Of a DNA stretch of 64,000 nt, positions 12,616 through 27,825 are shown piece after piece. Under the pieces are notes generated by a model. The model saw only the letters and a program-made list of their open reading frames with translations. It did no database searches and had not been told where the DNA came from. This DNA comes from Octopus vulgaris (Eukaryota): assembly GCA_951406725.2 (NCBI GenBank), contig OX597820.1, positions 83,328,001-83,392,000 of the forward strand, given 5' to 3'. The translations under genes were made by a program, and so were the position numbers. Positions within the stretch are counted from its first letter, which is position 1, and each line of letters starts with the position of its first letter.

Positions 12616-12959
12616 TTCTGGTGGAAAATTGGAAGCAGGAAAAAATATGATAATAATCATAATAATAAAAAATGCCTGATAAATATATATGGATCAAGAA
12701 ACATATTCATATTAAGAAAAAAGATATTTATTTTACATGTTCAATGGGTAAATAATATAAAATTAGCCAAATACCTATGCATGACAGTCCTCTCAAGAAA
12801 CAATTATATTCATAATTTTAGTCTTAGATGCAATGTGATTAATAAAACACTGGCACTAATACCATTCGTTAATCGGGTAATTATATTTACTGTTTCAGGA
12901 GCTACAGTCAATGTATTACTTTATGTTTTATGTGAATTTTTTATAAGAGAAAAAATATA

Positions 12960-15310
12960 ATAAGCTTGTGTTTGTTTTATTATATGACAATAAAAAGTGA
13001 GTTATATGTGTTATTTATTTATCAATACAATAATGTCAATTAGATAATACAGTTAATTTAAATAGGTAATTCACTCATGCTTGAATGTAATGGTAGTAAT
13101 CGTGAATTAATTTATTGAAATATTCATGTTGCATTAAGAGTGAATATTTCTTTATAAACAATATATTATTTTGTTTTATATCAGAGTGCAAAGCAAAAGA
13201 AATTGCTTTTGCTTCCACACATGATGCTCGTACCTAATGTTGGCCGTGTGAAAAGTATGGTTGTTCAAGTTGCAATGCAGCAACTTTTAGTGTTTGGCCT
13301 TGATTTTATTAATGCTCATGGAAAAAGAAAGTGAGAAGTGGGATAGGAAATTAACCGCTTAAATTGGAATGGAACATTGGAACTGGTATGTGAGAAATGA
13401 AGACGTTCTTACGTTTACCACAGCCAGTGAGAATATTTGACTCAATGTAGTTCTTCGTGAGTTTGTGCACAATTAGACTTGTAACATTGCATAATTTTGA
13501 TTGAGGCAAATTATGTAATAGCATAACAGGGGTCCATTTTTCAACCGAAGACTGAAGACCTGTACCTGGTGGTTCTAGTGAGTTCAAAAATTCGATGGGG
13601 CAGGTAACAATATCCTGATCATCAACATACCTGTTAATTAGGTTCTAGGTGAAAACCTCTCCCGGAAGTTTATTCAATAGCATATTAATATAGCTACGTA
13701 CAGCAACTTTTTTTGGAGCCAGGATAACTCGTCCAGAGATCCAATTTGTATTGTTGTTGTAATGAAGAAGATTAGGAAGGATTTCATCCACTAAATCATT
13801 GATGGAATCAGTTGATTTACATATGGGATTGAGTGTAAGAAACTGCTATTTATCAATTCGAACGCACGCTTCACCGAGTTTCAATAGCTGATCTGCAAAT
13901 AGTTCACCTGATTGATATTTTGAAAGCCTCGATCTCATATAATAATTGATTTAGAAAAAAGATCAGTTTCATATATGAACTACTGTTTGTTTATTATATG
14001 ATAATAATGAGATGTATGTGTTATATTTCTTATCAATACAGCAATGGCAATTATATAATACACTTCCTTTAAATAGGTAATCTACTCATTCTTGAATGTA
14101 ATGATAGTAATGACAAATTAATTTATTAAAAGATTCATGTTGCATTAAGAGTTAATATTTCTGTATAAAGATTTTGTTTTATTTCGGGGGGAATAGTCAA
14201 ACCGATTTGCTTTTGTTTCCACATCATATGCTTGTACATAAGGTTGGCTATGTGAAAAGCACAATTGCAATCCATCAAATTTTAGTGTTTGGCCCTGAAT
14301 TTTATTAATGCACATGGCAAAAGAAAGGGGGAAAGGAAACTGTAACCGCTTCAACTGGAATGGGACATTAGATGGAATAACTGGTATGGTGACGAACACG
14401 ATCTCACCTTTATCACAAGCAGTGAGAATAGTTGCCTCAATGTACTTTGTCATGAGATTGTACACAATTAATCCTGTGCAATTGCATAATTTTGAGTGAG
14501 ACATATTGTGTAATGACATAACAGGAATCTCTTTTTGTCATGTGAAGACAATGAGGAGCTGTACCTGCTGGTTCTAGTGAGTTCAAAATTACGATTGGAT
14601 GGTTAACAGTATCTTGATCATCAACAACACTGTCAATTGAGTTACAAGTGAATACTTCTCCTGGAAGTTTATACAATAGCGTATTCTTAATTCTTTCTAC
14701 AGCAACATTTTTTGAGAGTAGGTCGCTCACTGACTCAATCTGTATTGGTGTAATTATGAAGAAAATTAAGGAAGATTTCATGCACCAAATCATTGACGGA
14801 ATTAGTTGAATTACATATTGGATTGGGTGTAAGAAACGGTACTTTATCAATCGGAAATCACCCTTCACCGAGTTTCAAGAGCTGCTCTGCAAATAGTTCA
14901 GCTGATTGATCTTTTGAAAGCCTCGATCTCATATAATAACTGATGTAGAAAAATAATCAGTTTCATACATGAACTTCTGTTTGCTTATTTTATGAAAATA
15001 ATAAGTGAGTATTATCATAATTATGAATACTCAAATGGCAATTATGTAATACACTTGATTTAAATAGGTATGTTCCTCAAGTTGCAATCCAGCAACTTTT
15101 AGAAAGTTGGATGGGAAACAGTAACCGCTTAAATTGGAATGGAACATTAGATGGTATAACCGGTATGCGAGGAACGCAGACGGTGTCACATTTACCAAAA
15201 CCAGTGATAATATTTGCCTCAGTGCAGTTCACCATGAGTTTGTGCACAGTTAGTGCTGCATCATTCCATGATTTTTGTTCAGAGGAATTAGGCAATAGCA
15301 TAACTTCCCC
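12960..15310 (-). mobile_element. Helitron PIF1-like helicase C-terminal relics in ~1-kb head-to-tail tandem (2 full units plus 1 deleted unit)
   Basis: Three diverged copies of LCN.T.LIV..L..NYIEA.ILTG.GK....IPRIPVIPSNVPFQFKRL.FP; the two full units continue into INK.QGQTL. Repeated anchors TTTGAAAGCCTCGATCTCATATAATAA occur at ~13919 and ~14913. Confidence 0.9.
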
Positions 15311-15454
15311 TGAACGAGGTTCTTTCATTTCGCAGGAGAAAGAAAGTAAAGACTTCAGATTTTATATATATAGAAAAAGCATAATAGGTCCTTCTGAAAC
15401 ATTTAGTTTCATCTTGCTGGACATACAAACAAACAAACGGACAAAATATCTCTT

Positions 15455-15507
<53 letters not shown>

Positions 15508-15697
15508 CTACCTATTTACCTATCTGCCTGTCTACCTAGCTGTCTACATGGATGCCTACCTACCTGCATACCTACATACATACATACATACAGACAGACG
15601 GGCATATGTGTATCCTATATGTACACATACAGACATCAACGTATATATAGACACATATACATGTACACATATGCATAATTATCTATGACGCTGTCTG

Positions 15698-15739
<42 letters not shown>

Positions 15740-16719
15740 AATCTATCTATCATCTATCTATCTAACTATCTATCTATCTATCTACCTATCTATCTATACA
15801 TATACATTCCTATTTTAATGTTTATTTTTATATTCAGCTATAATAATAAAAGTTTACCCCAATTTGATGGGTTACACTATACTTTTGTAGAGTATTACTA
15901 ATCTTAAAAACGAATATTTTGACAGCGACATCGAGTTTTCGACTATCTGGTCTAAACTTCGAAGTCACTGTCAATAATATTCTTGTTTAACTATAATATA
16001 TATTTACACATATATATTTATAAATATATTCATATATGTATGTACATACACACATGACAACGATACACAAACATGCGTGTGTTGATGTTCGCGCACATAT
16101 ACTTTGAATTATTTTCGTACTTTTGTCTTCTCCCTGAACATGTTTTATTTACAGGAAGTTATCAGCATAATATTCATATGAATGGTTGTTAGAATAAACA
16201 CCTCTATTAAAAACATTTTAAGAGAAAAACTGCAAAAATTTGCAGGTAAAAAAACAAATTGCATAAATCAGCTCTAACTGAATAATAAACAACATGGCGG
16301 ATTTGTAAATTTATTGCGTTATTTTATTACTTTTTTCGTAATATTAAGTGAAATTTTCTATTTCGTGTATTTTTAATGATTATTTTGGTGATTTATTTAT
16401 TTTATAATCAGTTTCTTTTTATGTTTAGTATATTTTTTATTAAATATTGTTTTCTTCTTGCTTTTTGGCCCATCAGTGGTTTTTTATATTTTTAAAGAAA
16501 AACTTACCATTTCAGTTTGTTATTTGCTCAAAATCTACAGAATACATTTCATTTTTTTATTCGTTTTCAAGTGCCAGTCTCTGTAGGAATCTGTATTGCT
16601 TGCTTCTGTATTTTTTGTGTGTATTTATAAGTATATATGTGGGCATACGTATATATATATGGATGCATATATATAATGTACGTATAAGTATGTGACAGTA
16701 TATATACATACACTCGCGA

Positions 16720-16776
<57 letters not shown>

Positions 16777-17274
16777 TACATATATATATATAAATGTGTA
16801 TGTGTATACTTGAATGTATATATGTGTGTATACATGTGCGCGCGTCTGTGTGTATGTGTGTGGCCTACGTCTACAGACCTGTATATTTCTTATATGATTG
16901 CGCTTATGAATATACTCGTATATATGCATATATATATACAAACGCAAATACACACATAAACATATATCTTTGCAATACCTCTCCTTGGCATCGCTGCGAT
17001 TATCAGCTTGTTGATTATTATATGCCACCTTTTTCAGTCATTGCTTCGCTTGTGCATGCCTTTCTGTTATTTTTCCTCAGATTGACAATATTTGTCTATT
17101 GTTGTTGCCGTTTTTATGCTAACTTTATTGCTGTTTATTTTCAATTTCCCATCTTACCATCTACGCCATAATGTAATTTCATCGCCATTTTACGCATAAA
17201 TTCCGACCACATCTTCCCTACTCATAATTTTCATTCTCAAGAAATCCTTCATCAACCTAGTTAACATTGAGTGT

Positions 17275-17580
<306 letters not shown>

Positions 17581-18467
17581 TTAATCTTTGTTACCATCGT
17601 CATCATCAACATTATTACAATGATTCGTCATTATTGTTAGTTGTAGTAAATGTGATCGAGGTAATAGTAATAGAAGTTATATTGTTCGTTGTCATAATTA
17701 TAGGAAGACTGATTCTTGTGCCTGTTGTTCATATTTTTCTAAAATTAATAGCAACAGCACTAGCAGCAGCAAGAACTGCAAACACAACAGCGACATATGT
17801 TTACTACTGGTATTTCTTATTCTTCTTTTTATTATTGCCAGTATTATATTGATCACTATTCTCACCTCATAAACTTTTATCACACCATCAGTACTGCAAC
17901 CTTCTGCAATGACACCGCCATCCACTACTTTTACTGAATTATACCTAAACCCCCCCCATCATATCCAACACCATCACCTCCAGCAACATTCATCACTACT
18001 ATTACACCAACATCATTAATTTTTATCATTATCAAAATAATCACAATCTTTTCAACATTATTTGAAATGTCTTTTGGCAATAATTCCGTTTGTTATTGTT
18101 GTTAAAACAATGAATATTCTATCAATAATCGCATCCATAACATCGCCATACATGCTATTAGGAACACTGCGACAACTATCATCGCCGATATTGTCAACAC
18201 TTCAACAGCATCAGCCTCTATACCTAACTATCCCTATTAACAACAATGTTGCCTTTGCTTTATCAGTAACTCATTCCACTGCCACAATTATCAAGCACAA
18301 TATCATCACCATCTTTTCTTTCTCAATCAATAGCAAAGCTACCATCAGCAATGCTTCTGTCTCACCTACCACTGTCAACAAGTATTACAAACATAGATTT
18401 TCCAAATAGTAACAAATCCATTATCTGCATGAACGTTGCTACCACTACCAATGATTCTTGTTTTAAT

Positions 18468-18794
18468 CTCTTACTTGTTTCACCTACTTGACAGCGGCCA
18501 CGCTGGGGCGTGAATACACAACACTCGTTGTCAAGCAGTGGTTGGGACAAACATGCACACACACACAAACACACACACAATCACACACAATCACACACAA
18601 ATACACACACACACACGCACATACGTCAGGTTTCATTCCGTCACCGTCCTCTAAATCCACACACAAGGGCTTTTGTCAGGTCGAGGCTGTAGAAGACACT
18701 TGTCGAAAGTGTCGCGCTCTGGGACTGAACCCGGAGCAACGTAGTTGAAATATAGCTTCTTACCACGCAGCTACCACGCAGCTACCACTGCGCT
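18468..18794 (-). mobile_element. Decayed tRNA-derived CORE-type SINE (family B)
   Basis: Colinear with the better copy at 58307-58710 (AAATCCAC.CACAAGG, AGAAGACACTTG, GGGACTGAACCCGG). Confidence 0.8.
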
Positions 18795-19604
18795 TACTAA
18801 CATTATCACCATGAATCTCCCTACTTCGTTATTATTTCATCTACTCCTCCTCCACTACCATTGCTCCTCGTATCCATCATTACTAGCATTTTAATCCACA
18901 CAATTACACTCACAGCTCTGCTGCAAATATCATTCAGAATTATTATCATCTGTATCGACTGTAACACTACATGCAGTAGCATCTTCAGGAATTTCAATAC
19001 TACCTTAACGGCGGTGCATCAGCATGGCCGCAGCTCTGAGCTGAAAAAAATGTAAATAATGCACATAATTCCTCATCTCTTAAATATACAATGACCTACT
19101 TTGTTACCATATTGGTATTTACAATCATTATCCCTGCAACTACTGCCATCATTATAAATATCCCATCACAACTTTCGCCACAGAGTTCACCTCTAATGGT
19201 AACACTGCAATTACAGTTTGTACTCTCAATACGCAAGAAGGTCAGTCAATAGTTCATCTCCAGCACTAATGCTAATAACACCACCACCAACAAACAGGCA
19301 AATATCTTCGTTAACACGAACACATTTTCTTATGATCTGTAGTAACGACTATACCACTAACCCTCAAAATTTCCGCAGCTCTTCTCAACCCCCACATCAA
19401 TATAAGAAATGAAAAATTCCTCACTTCTATAATACAAAAGAATTCTACTTTTTTCACCGACCAGTGTTTAGGTGTTTTGGAATGTGTCTCTGGTATATAA
19501 CATTCAGCAACGTGTAGTAAGCATTCAAAAGATTTTTTAAATATTGATGTTGCTTTCCGTAAAGTAACTTAGAGTGCCTTAGCTCCCCCTTTAATCAATA
19601 TAAA

Positions 19605-19786
19605 TTCTTCTTCTTCTTCTTCTTCTTCTTCTTCGTCTTCTTCTTCTTCTTCTTCTTCTTCTTCTTCTTCTTCTTCTTCTTCTTCTTCTTCTCTTCTTCC
19701 TTCTTCTTCTTCTTCTTCTTCTTCTTCTCTTCCTTCTTCTTCTTCTTCTTCTTCTCCTCTTCCTTCTTCTTCTTCTTCTTCTTCTT

Positions 19787-19817
<31 letters not shown>

Positions 19818-19831
19818 TTATTATTATTATT
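19605..19831. repeat. (TTC)n followed by (TTA)n microsatellite
   Basis: Direct inspection. Confidence 0.95.
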
Positions 19832-20935
19832 AAGTTAAAAGTTCATGTTGGTGTAATGCCTAGGGTGTCATATATTTTGTTTTGCACATGGTATTGTTCT
19901 AGAGAATGTTTTAAAAACATAAAACAATTATGAGTTTGTTTAAAAATTTGAGATTACATAGACAGTGTTTTACGTAGGATATGAGCAGTTCCCATGAGCA
20001 CTATCTTTTGAATTTCTGCCATTTTGGGATTTCCTGCTATCTGAGCTAGTTGGGAATCAGCCCCATTTGCTATTATTCCTCGGGCTTCTATGACAACAAG
20101 TGTTGTTTTAGTCTTGAGGTGCCAATTTCTATTTCAAGATTTTTATATTTGCTCAGTTTTTGGTAGGTCTTGACAGCTATATTTATGCCGATTGGGACAG
20201 TCATATCAATGAGGAGGCATGATCTTTGTCTGAAATTTTTCAATATAATACCTGGCATATTCGCATCTATCTTTCTGTCAGTTTGAATGGTGAAGTTCCA
20301 CAGGAGTGATATGTATATCAACAGCAAGCACTGGAGGTCGTTTGTGTTCCCACGAGTTTTTATCATGGGGTAGGTCTAGGTTTTTTTGCAAATTACCCAG
20401 TGAATATATCGTGCTTCTCTATTATGCCAGCTGAGATATTCTGTAGGCGCTAGAAGACTGCACATGGAGACAGCATGATCAATGTTTTCATTTTGTTGTT
20501 TACATACACAACATGTTGGGCTACGGTCGTTCTTTAAAATGTTGGCCTTGTAGTTTCTTGTAGGTAAGCATTGATCTTGTACTGCTAAGATTAACCCTTC
20601 TGTTTCTGATCTTGATCCAGAAGACACTAACCATTGACGGGTAAGGGCTTTCGCAACATCGGCACTATTAACTGTCTTTGGGTATTTATCATTAAGAGGT
20701 TTTTCTTGCCATTTATCAGTAAAAATGTCAAAGGTAGTAATTTTAGCACATGTTTTTCATACACTTAGCTTTTCTGTGCTTGTTTCTAGTACGTCTAATT
20801 CAGGATTTTGCCGTATTTGGAATTCACTTAGATATTCCGTTGCCTGTTTTGTTACTGAGCATGATGCTTTCTTGTTTCCATGCTTTGCGACAAGTCATCA
20901 GAGTTCTTCAGGTAGGTGTTTAGGCCAATTGTGTT
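19832..20935 (-). mobile_element. Dong/R4-clade LINE 3' fragment (CCHC and restriction-like endonuclease) within (TTA)n
   Basis: ETEGLILAVQDQCLPTRNY...CCVCKQQNENIDHAVSMCSLLA...HNREARYIHW and LWNFTIQTDRKIDANMPGII...CLLIDMTVP...KLSKYKNLEIEI. Flanked by TTA repeats on both sides. Confidence 0.9.
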
Positions 20936-20960
20936 ATCATTATTACTGTTGCTATTTTTA

Positions 20961-21490
<530 letters not shown>

Positions 21491-21492
21491 TA

Positions 21493-21708
21493 AGGCGTTG
21501 AGCTGGCCGAATCCTTTGTGCGCTGGATGAAATGCTCTGCAGGATTTCGCCCATTGCTACGTTCTTATTTGAAATTCTATCGAGGTCGGCTTTGTCTTTC
21601 ATCCTTTCGGGGTCGATAAAATTAGTACCAGTTGCGCAGTGAGGTCGATGTAATCGACTAAATTCCTTCTTCCAAATTTGATGGCGTGCGCTTCCAGTAG
21701 AAAGGAAT
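21493..21708 (+). mobile_element. tRNA-derived SINE (family A) with (ATT)n-ending tail
   Basis: AGGCGTTGAGCTGGCCGAATC head and GAGGTCGGCTTTGTCTTTCATCCTTTCGGGGTCGAT body. Ends GTAGAAAGGAAT followed by ATT repeats. Confidence 0.85.
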
Positions 21709-21735
21709 ATTATTATTATTACCATCATAATCATC

Positions 21736-21813
<78 letters not shown>

Positions 21814-21865
21814 GGTGGTGGTAGTAGTAATAGTAGTAGTAGTAGTAGTAGTGGTATTAATAGTT

Positions 21866-21897
<32 letters not shown>

Positions 21898-22229
21898 TGT
21901 AGTAGTAGTAGTAATAATTGTAGTAGTAATAATTGTAGTAGTATTTTTGTTGTTATTGCTGTTGTCGTTGCTGTTGTTGTATGGCGATAAATATGAAATT
22001 GTTTAGATATGTTTCTGCCTTATTTCTCTGTATAGAATTTGTGTCTTGTTGATTTCACATTTCTTCAGAATCTACGATTATAATGGATGGAACCCTTTCT
22101 GAGAAAAAATAATGCAAGCCATTAAGATTTTGAGACACGCCCCTGTGTTCGGATTCCACTCGTTAATCCTCGCCCAAATGCACGTCACCGTCTGACAAAT
22201 AATTGAAGATTGTACACTGACATGTGCTT

Positions 22230-22540
22230 ACCTGGGGCGAATAGTGATCTAACTATAAATTTTAAACATATCAACAGTGCTAAACTTCTGGTGAATAGTG
22301 AAGCATGTGTTTGTGGAAGATGCTGTCAGGTTGCAAGAAACAAAACGATTCTGAAAGGAAAATAGGATTGGTATGGGATCGAAGATTCTGATTCTGATTG
22401 AAGTGAAATCTAAAATAGACAGATTTCAGGACGGCAGCAACTACAGATAGAAGTAGAATCTAGAATGCCATAGTGCTATGGCTGTGGAAACAGTAATGAA
22501 AGCGTGTTGCACACAAAACAAATACAAATTACAGGAGAAA
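22230..22540 (+). mobile_element. Possible Tx1/L1-type ORF1 relic with decayed CCHC knuckle
   Basis: QLQIEVESRMP*CYGCGN then (frameshift) MKACCTQ resembles the VEGRP..CxxCGxxGHxKAxC knuckle. Heavily decayed. Confidence 0.35.
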
Positions 22541-23060
22541 GATGCCCCCCCCCACTAATATGGAAACTGCAGCATCAACGTCACTATCATGAACAGCAGT
22601 AACTACAGCAAAAATAGCCACAGCAAGTATAAAAAAAGGATGTATCTGCAGCAACAGTGACGGAGTACTAGTTACAAACATCGAAGCTGCGGTTATTTCC
22701 TTGACTGCATTTCTTTCCTGTGTATTTCTGCTTTCGTAACTTAGAAATAACCTTGTTGCTTCATTACCAGTGAAGTGGTTGTTTTCTTGGGCAATGTGTG
22801 ACAGAAATGGCCATTAGCAGAGACAAGTGGCAATATCTCTCGTCTCATTCACAATGCCTGTTGAATGTTTAAAATGTAAACACAAACTAAACATCGGAGC
22901 GCCGTCGAATACCGAGAAAGAAAGAGTGGTGACGAAATACTGAGTTACGACTACAAAGAATGGTGAATTTTTCCCGTTTGGGAAAATAAATTCCTGCTTA
23001 AAGTGAATGTTTTAAAAATATAAACAATAACACTAGGACCATTGCCATCATCACAAAAAT

Positions 23061-23103
<43 letters not shown>

Positions 23104-25677
23104 TATGACACAAATATGTGTAATAATGAAAATATCTGCATACACATAAGTTGCCAGGTTTCCCACACACATTAAAGATGAACTATATCATCAATATTAC
23201 TGTCACAAGCAGTACTATCACTGTTTCTGCGAAGGATGATGAGAGGCCTATACCGAAAATTAGTGAAAAAGAGTCCGGAGCAGTCAATGCGATGAATGCT
23301 AATAGAACTACACACGCACCCAAAACTGTCTGCAGAAAAGATTCCCAAGGAACGAATATTTTACAAGAACTACAAGGAATGTAAATATCGAACTCCCTAG
23401 AAGCAAATCTTAATGGATTCCAATATGGAGTCGTATAGTTGTGAGTGGAATAGCCCACTTGGAACTATAAAGGAAGGTACGGCGAGATACGTAAGTATCG
23501 CGAAAAACTGTATCATCCACTGTGACTCATTTAACACTTCATGAGTGGCTAGTATCGAGAGTGATATTCGATTGCTTGAGTCGAATAATACACATAATTT
23601 TGGATGATGATGAGCTCAAGTGGGAGGACAGATATCTGGATGGTAACAGAATGTTGGTAGAAGAGAGCAACAACGCAAATGGCAAAAATTCCGCTTCGAA
23701 ATCTTAGTAACAATGTTCAATCACAGGAATGAATGAAACTACTATTTAAATCATGAAATAAAGTACCATCTAAACAAACAAATAAATCATGGCAGGTCTG
23801 TACTTCCCACTGGAAACCACAAGCACAACACAATATTTGCGAATGTGCGCATCCGTCTTTCGCTGTGTCCGGTATATTTTAATCCGATGCTTCATGAAAC
23901 AACTTAATGTAATCCCACGCCATGTCTTAGAGATAAATAACGAAAATAACCAATCAAAAGACGATTAGGTGGCAGAAGTTATTTTGTTATTTTATTCAGT
24001 GGTGTTCAGAAGAGTTACTACGATATGTGTTATATAAAATACGAAGGTATTTGTGGAGGATACGAGCTATGTGACGCCAGTTGTTTTTTTTGGGGGTTAG
24101 TGTTGAGTATTTGTTGTGTATGCGTTACTTTCTCTAGACAGCGATTATTTAGATTTGGTGTTTTACGTGTTGTGCAATATTGCTTGGTAGAGATTCTGAA
24201 GTATGTTTATTGTCTTGAATGCGTTATTTAATTCTGATATAATTCTATGTGCTACTTGTCGTTTTACATTATGGGCTAGCTATTGTACAGTGAGTTATTT
24301 AATGTACAGAGTGCAGTGGTTAAGTAATGCTAGTAAAATGAATGTCATTTTGCACCATGGCAATTGTAGAGAGACAAAAACCAATGCTCAAAACCTGCTC
24401 TTTTCTCTGGAATGTAGAAACGTACTACAGATATATTATGCTTGAGCAACACTAAGAAACATCATTAGGGAATTTGATTCACGGACAGTTTAGTAATATC
24501 GTGATATGGTTCGATATGTCAGCCATACTTCAGGCCTTTAGGGTAGGCGAACCAAATGAAATACTGTATTTCATTTCATGCTTCTTACCTCCACAGCATA
24601 CACTTCAGAAGAATAAAGATAACTTCATCGAAGCAAGCAAACCCACGCAGTTTTCTGAGTGTAGAGGAGATTACGTGATGCCCAGGTGTTTTAAGAAATT
24701 ACTGCAGATATTGTTTCTGTGCAGCTCCAGGAGTTCAGAACTGATGGAGACGAACCATGATCAAAAACCTTCCGGTTCTAGCTATTCTATCTCGATTCTT
24801 AGACGTAATTTATTTATAGAATATACCCTTCATATTTATGTACGGTGTTATTTGATGCAAACTAGACAGCTATTTCTAGTCAATCGAGCAGACATGCAAA
24901 GGCCTTTCTCCTGCCTTGATGCATAATATGTGGCAAGCCATTGTAATTTTAGTGGATTGTCAAGCATTATAAAACTACTCTTGATATTATTTCTTCATTT
25001 ACAGTTTCTTATAGCGAAATAACAATCAGATTAATGACAAAAATACAATATTTTTTATTATTTTGAAGTCAATGTTCAGAATAATCTAAATATTCTCAAA
25101 TATATTGAAATTATTTTCGCCATACAATATTTCATCACAAATTACTGAGGTCAACTCCGTTTCAGAAATGACCGCAAGCCAGTTTTTCCTTCTTCTTTTC
25201 TTCAGGTTAATGAAAATCAATCATGAAATTAGTGGTCGGCCGTCGACATTATTGAATATTCAACGACATTGTAATTACAATATTAATTTAACAAATTTAC
25301 AAGCCTTGTTTAAACTACACACAGAAAGAAACCTAAAAGTTTGCTTAATATTTCAAGCAAGCTTTAAATTTCTCATTAGTTTTATCGTCGATTTATGGCG
25401 GTGATTTGAAACTAAATGAAATATTATTGTACTATTATAACGAGGAATCTAATAATTTGTCAGCAAATTTAATTAAAAATATAAATTTCGTTGTGATACA
25501 GAACCTAATGAAGCGTTAGTTCTGTTTGCCAATGATTTTATTCCTACTTGATTAACAATAAGAATAAACATAGTATAGAGCAGTAAAAACTTTGTGTGTA
25601 CGTATATGCATGTATGTGTGTATGAGTGTACCTATCTATCTATATATCTATCTACCTGTCTCACTATATATATATAT

Positions 25678-25771
<94 letters not shown>

Positions 25772-26184
25772 GTATCGCGTGTGTATGTATTTATGTATGA
25801 AGATGCAAGTGTGTGTGTGGGCTTGTTTATATGTATGTGTAAAGGTAATGAAATTGTAATTAAATGATTTAGGAAATGCGAAGCTGAGTTGTTATTTTAT
25901 GTTTAGGGAGCTTATCATGAGTGAGATACGGAAGAATGTGAGCCCAGCAAGTGGATGGATACCCAGGAAATGATTAAATCTCTTATAAAATATTAAAAAC
26001 AATGTCAAGCGTTTAATTACTATTACATTCGATACAGAATATATTAAAAATTAGTGCTCAATATTCTTAATTGCCTAAACAATGAGTGTTTTCTACAGTT
26101 ATCGACTGTAATAGAAAAAGAAACCATGACATCGAGCGTACGTCTTTGTTTAGTAAAGATAAAACTATTACCAGATGGACATTA

Positions 26185-27825
26185 TCTTACATATTAAAAC
26201 TAAAAGTATCTGTGTGTGCGTGTGTGTATCGGTATGTCCTCGTTTTGTGCTAAAAACTGTTCGACCGATTTTTCTTAAACTTCACACGCACATTACTTAT
26301 ATGTCTGGGGGAGGTCTTAAGTATAAATTGATTTCGAAAAAATGTACGGGTAAACGGCGGAGTAACAGTTTTTGTGCGCGGTTGAACGGCGGGCGTAATT
26401 ATTTTAAAGCTTCCACGGGAAATAACCCATTCTCTCCTTCGAAATTATTTGGTAAAAATGAAATTGAGTATGGTTTCACGGAGACAATATACAACCTAGC
26501 GCTGGTTGAGATTGAAAACAAGACTTTAGCTTTAGGCGGTGAGGTAATGCCCACTTACGGGCTTCTCCCTGCTGCAAAGCCTACCTCATATGATCTCTCG
26601 TGTGAGATTGTTCGGGAAACATATTACTACATTACTGAACTATCCGCATGTGTACAGATCAATGAGGCACTCCTGCTACCTGACCAGAAGCACGTCTACG
26701 ACAATATCGTTACGCAAATCCTGGGTCGTAAAGGTGGCATTTTCTTCCTTAACGCTCCTGGCGGGACAAGCAAAACGTTCGTAACTAGACTCGTTCTTGC
26801 AAGAGTAAGGCTACAAAAGTGCATCGCAGTAGCTGTGGAAACTTCGAGTTTAGCTACTACCCCGCTCCCTGTCGGTAGGACTGTACACTTTACGTTTAAG
26901 CTTCCCCTTAAATTCGCAAGTTCACTAACACCTGTTTGCAACATTTCAAAGACGTTGGACAACGAGCAATTGCTCCTACAATGCCTCCAGACTTTTTGGA
27001 ATGAATGCACAATGGCTCACAAGGGCGGCCTTGAGGAAGGAATTAGATAGAACTTTGCGAGACATAAAGGAAAGCCACGAACCGGTGCAGGGTGTCACTC
27101 TCTTGCTATATGGGAATTTTAGACAAACCTTGCTAGTGATTGCGAAAGGCACAAGGGTGGATGAAGTAATGGCGTGTCTTAAGTCTTCACTTCTATGGGG
27201 GTCAGTTTGCTACTTTAATGTTAGAATCCAACGTGAGCGCGCCTCTATGAGGAGCTATTGTCAGAAGATTTCATGAGGGACATTCTCCTTGGCGATGGTG
27301 AAGTTCCAGAAGATGGAAATGAATATGTTGACATAAGTAACATCTTCACAATAGCCAGTACTATCCATAGTCTTCAGGACCAGGTCTTCCCAGGCCTAGA
27401 AGTCTACAACGGAGATCTAGATATTGGCTTTGCCAAAGAGGCATTTTGGCTCCTACAAATGTTGTTCAATAGTACACGCCTTATTATCGCAAAATTAGTT
27501 CCCAATGTCATTGAAGTGACGATTATGACAATCTGTGGTAAAGGTTAAGACGTTTTCAAACTGCGAACTCCCCTTGCGCCTTCGGCTGCTGACTTGCCGT
27601 TCACATTCCGCAGAGTGTAGTTATCGATTAGACTCAGTTACGTCATATCCATTAATAAGTCCCTGGGGTGGTCGTTGTCTGTCGTTGGACTTTACTTTGC
27701 CAAACCATGCTTTTCACACGGTCAACTGTACGTTGACTGCTCAAGAGTGGGTTGTAAGAATTTTTTTCATGCTTTCATCCCACAGTGGAAAAGTAAAAAT
27801 GTTTCTAAGGAAGTTTTGTAAACTT
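26185..27825 (+). mobile_element. Internally deleted Helitron: 5' TC terminus joined to PIF1-like helicase pseudo-ORF
   Basis: A|TCTTACATATTAAAA start. FFLNAPGGTSKTF (Walker A), AVAVETSSLATTPLPVGRTVHFTFKLPL, WNECTMAH (Walker B region), LLYGNFRQTL and PCFSHGQLYVDCSRVG follow, with frameshifts and stops. No 3' CTAG terminus was located. Confidence 0.9.

Noticed and set aside
16155-16245. Possible + strand exon (TTTACAG|...CAG|GTAAAA; MVVRINTSIKNILREKLQKFA)
   Set aside because: Splice-like signals are common in AT-rich DNA, and there is no recognisable protein or neighbouring exon.
24474-24926. 150-aa ORF and a minus-strand donor-like site near 24588
   Set aside because: No recognisable domain and no consistent exon chain. 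It cannot be supported without RNA data.
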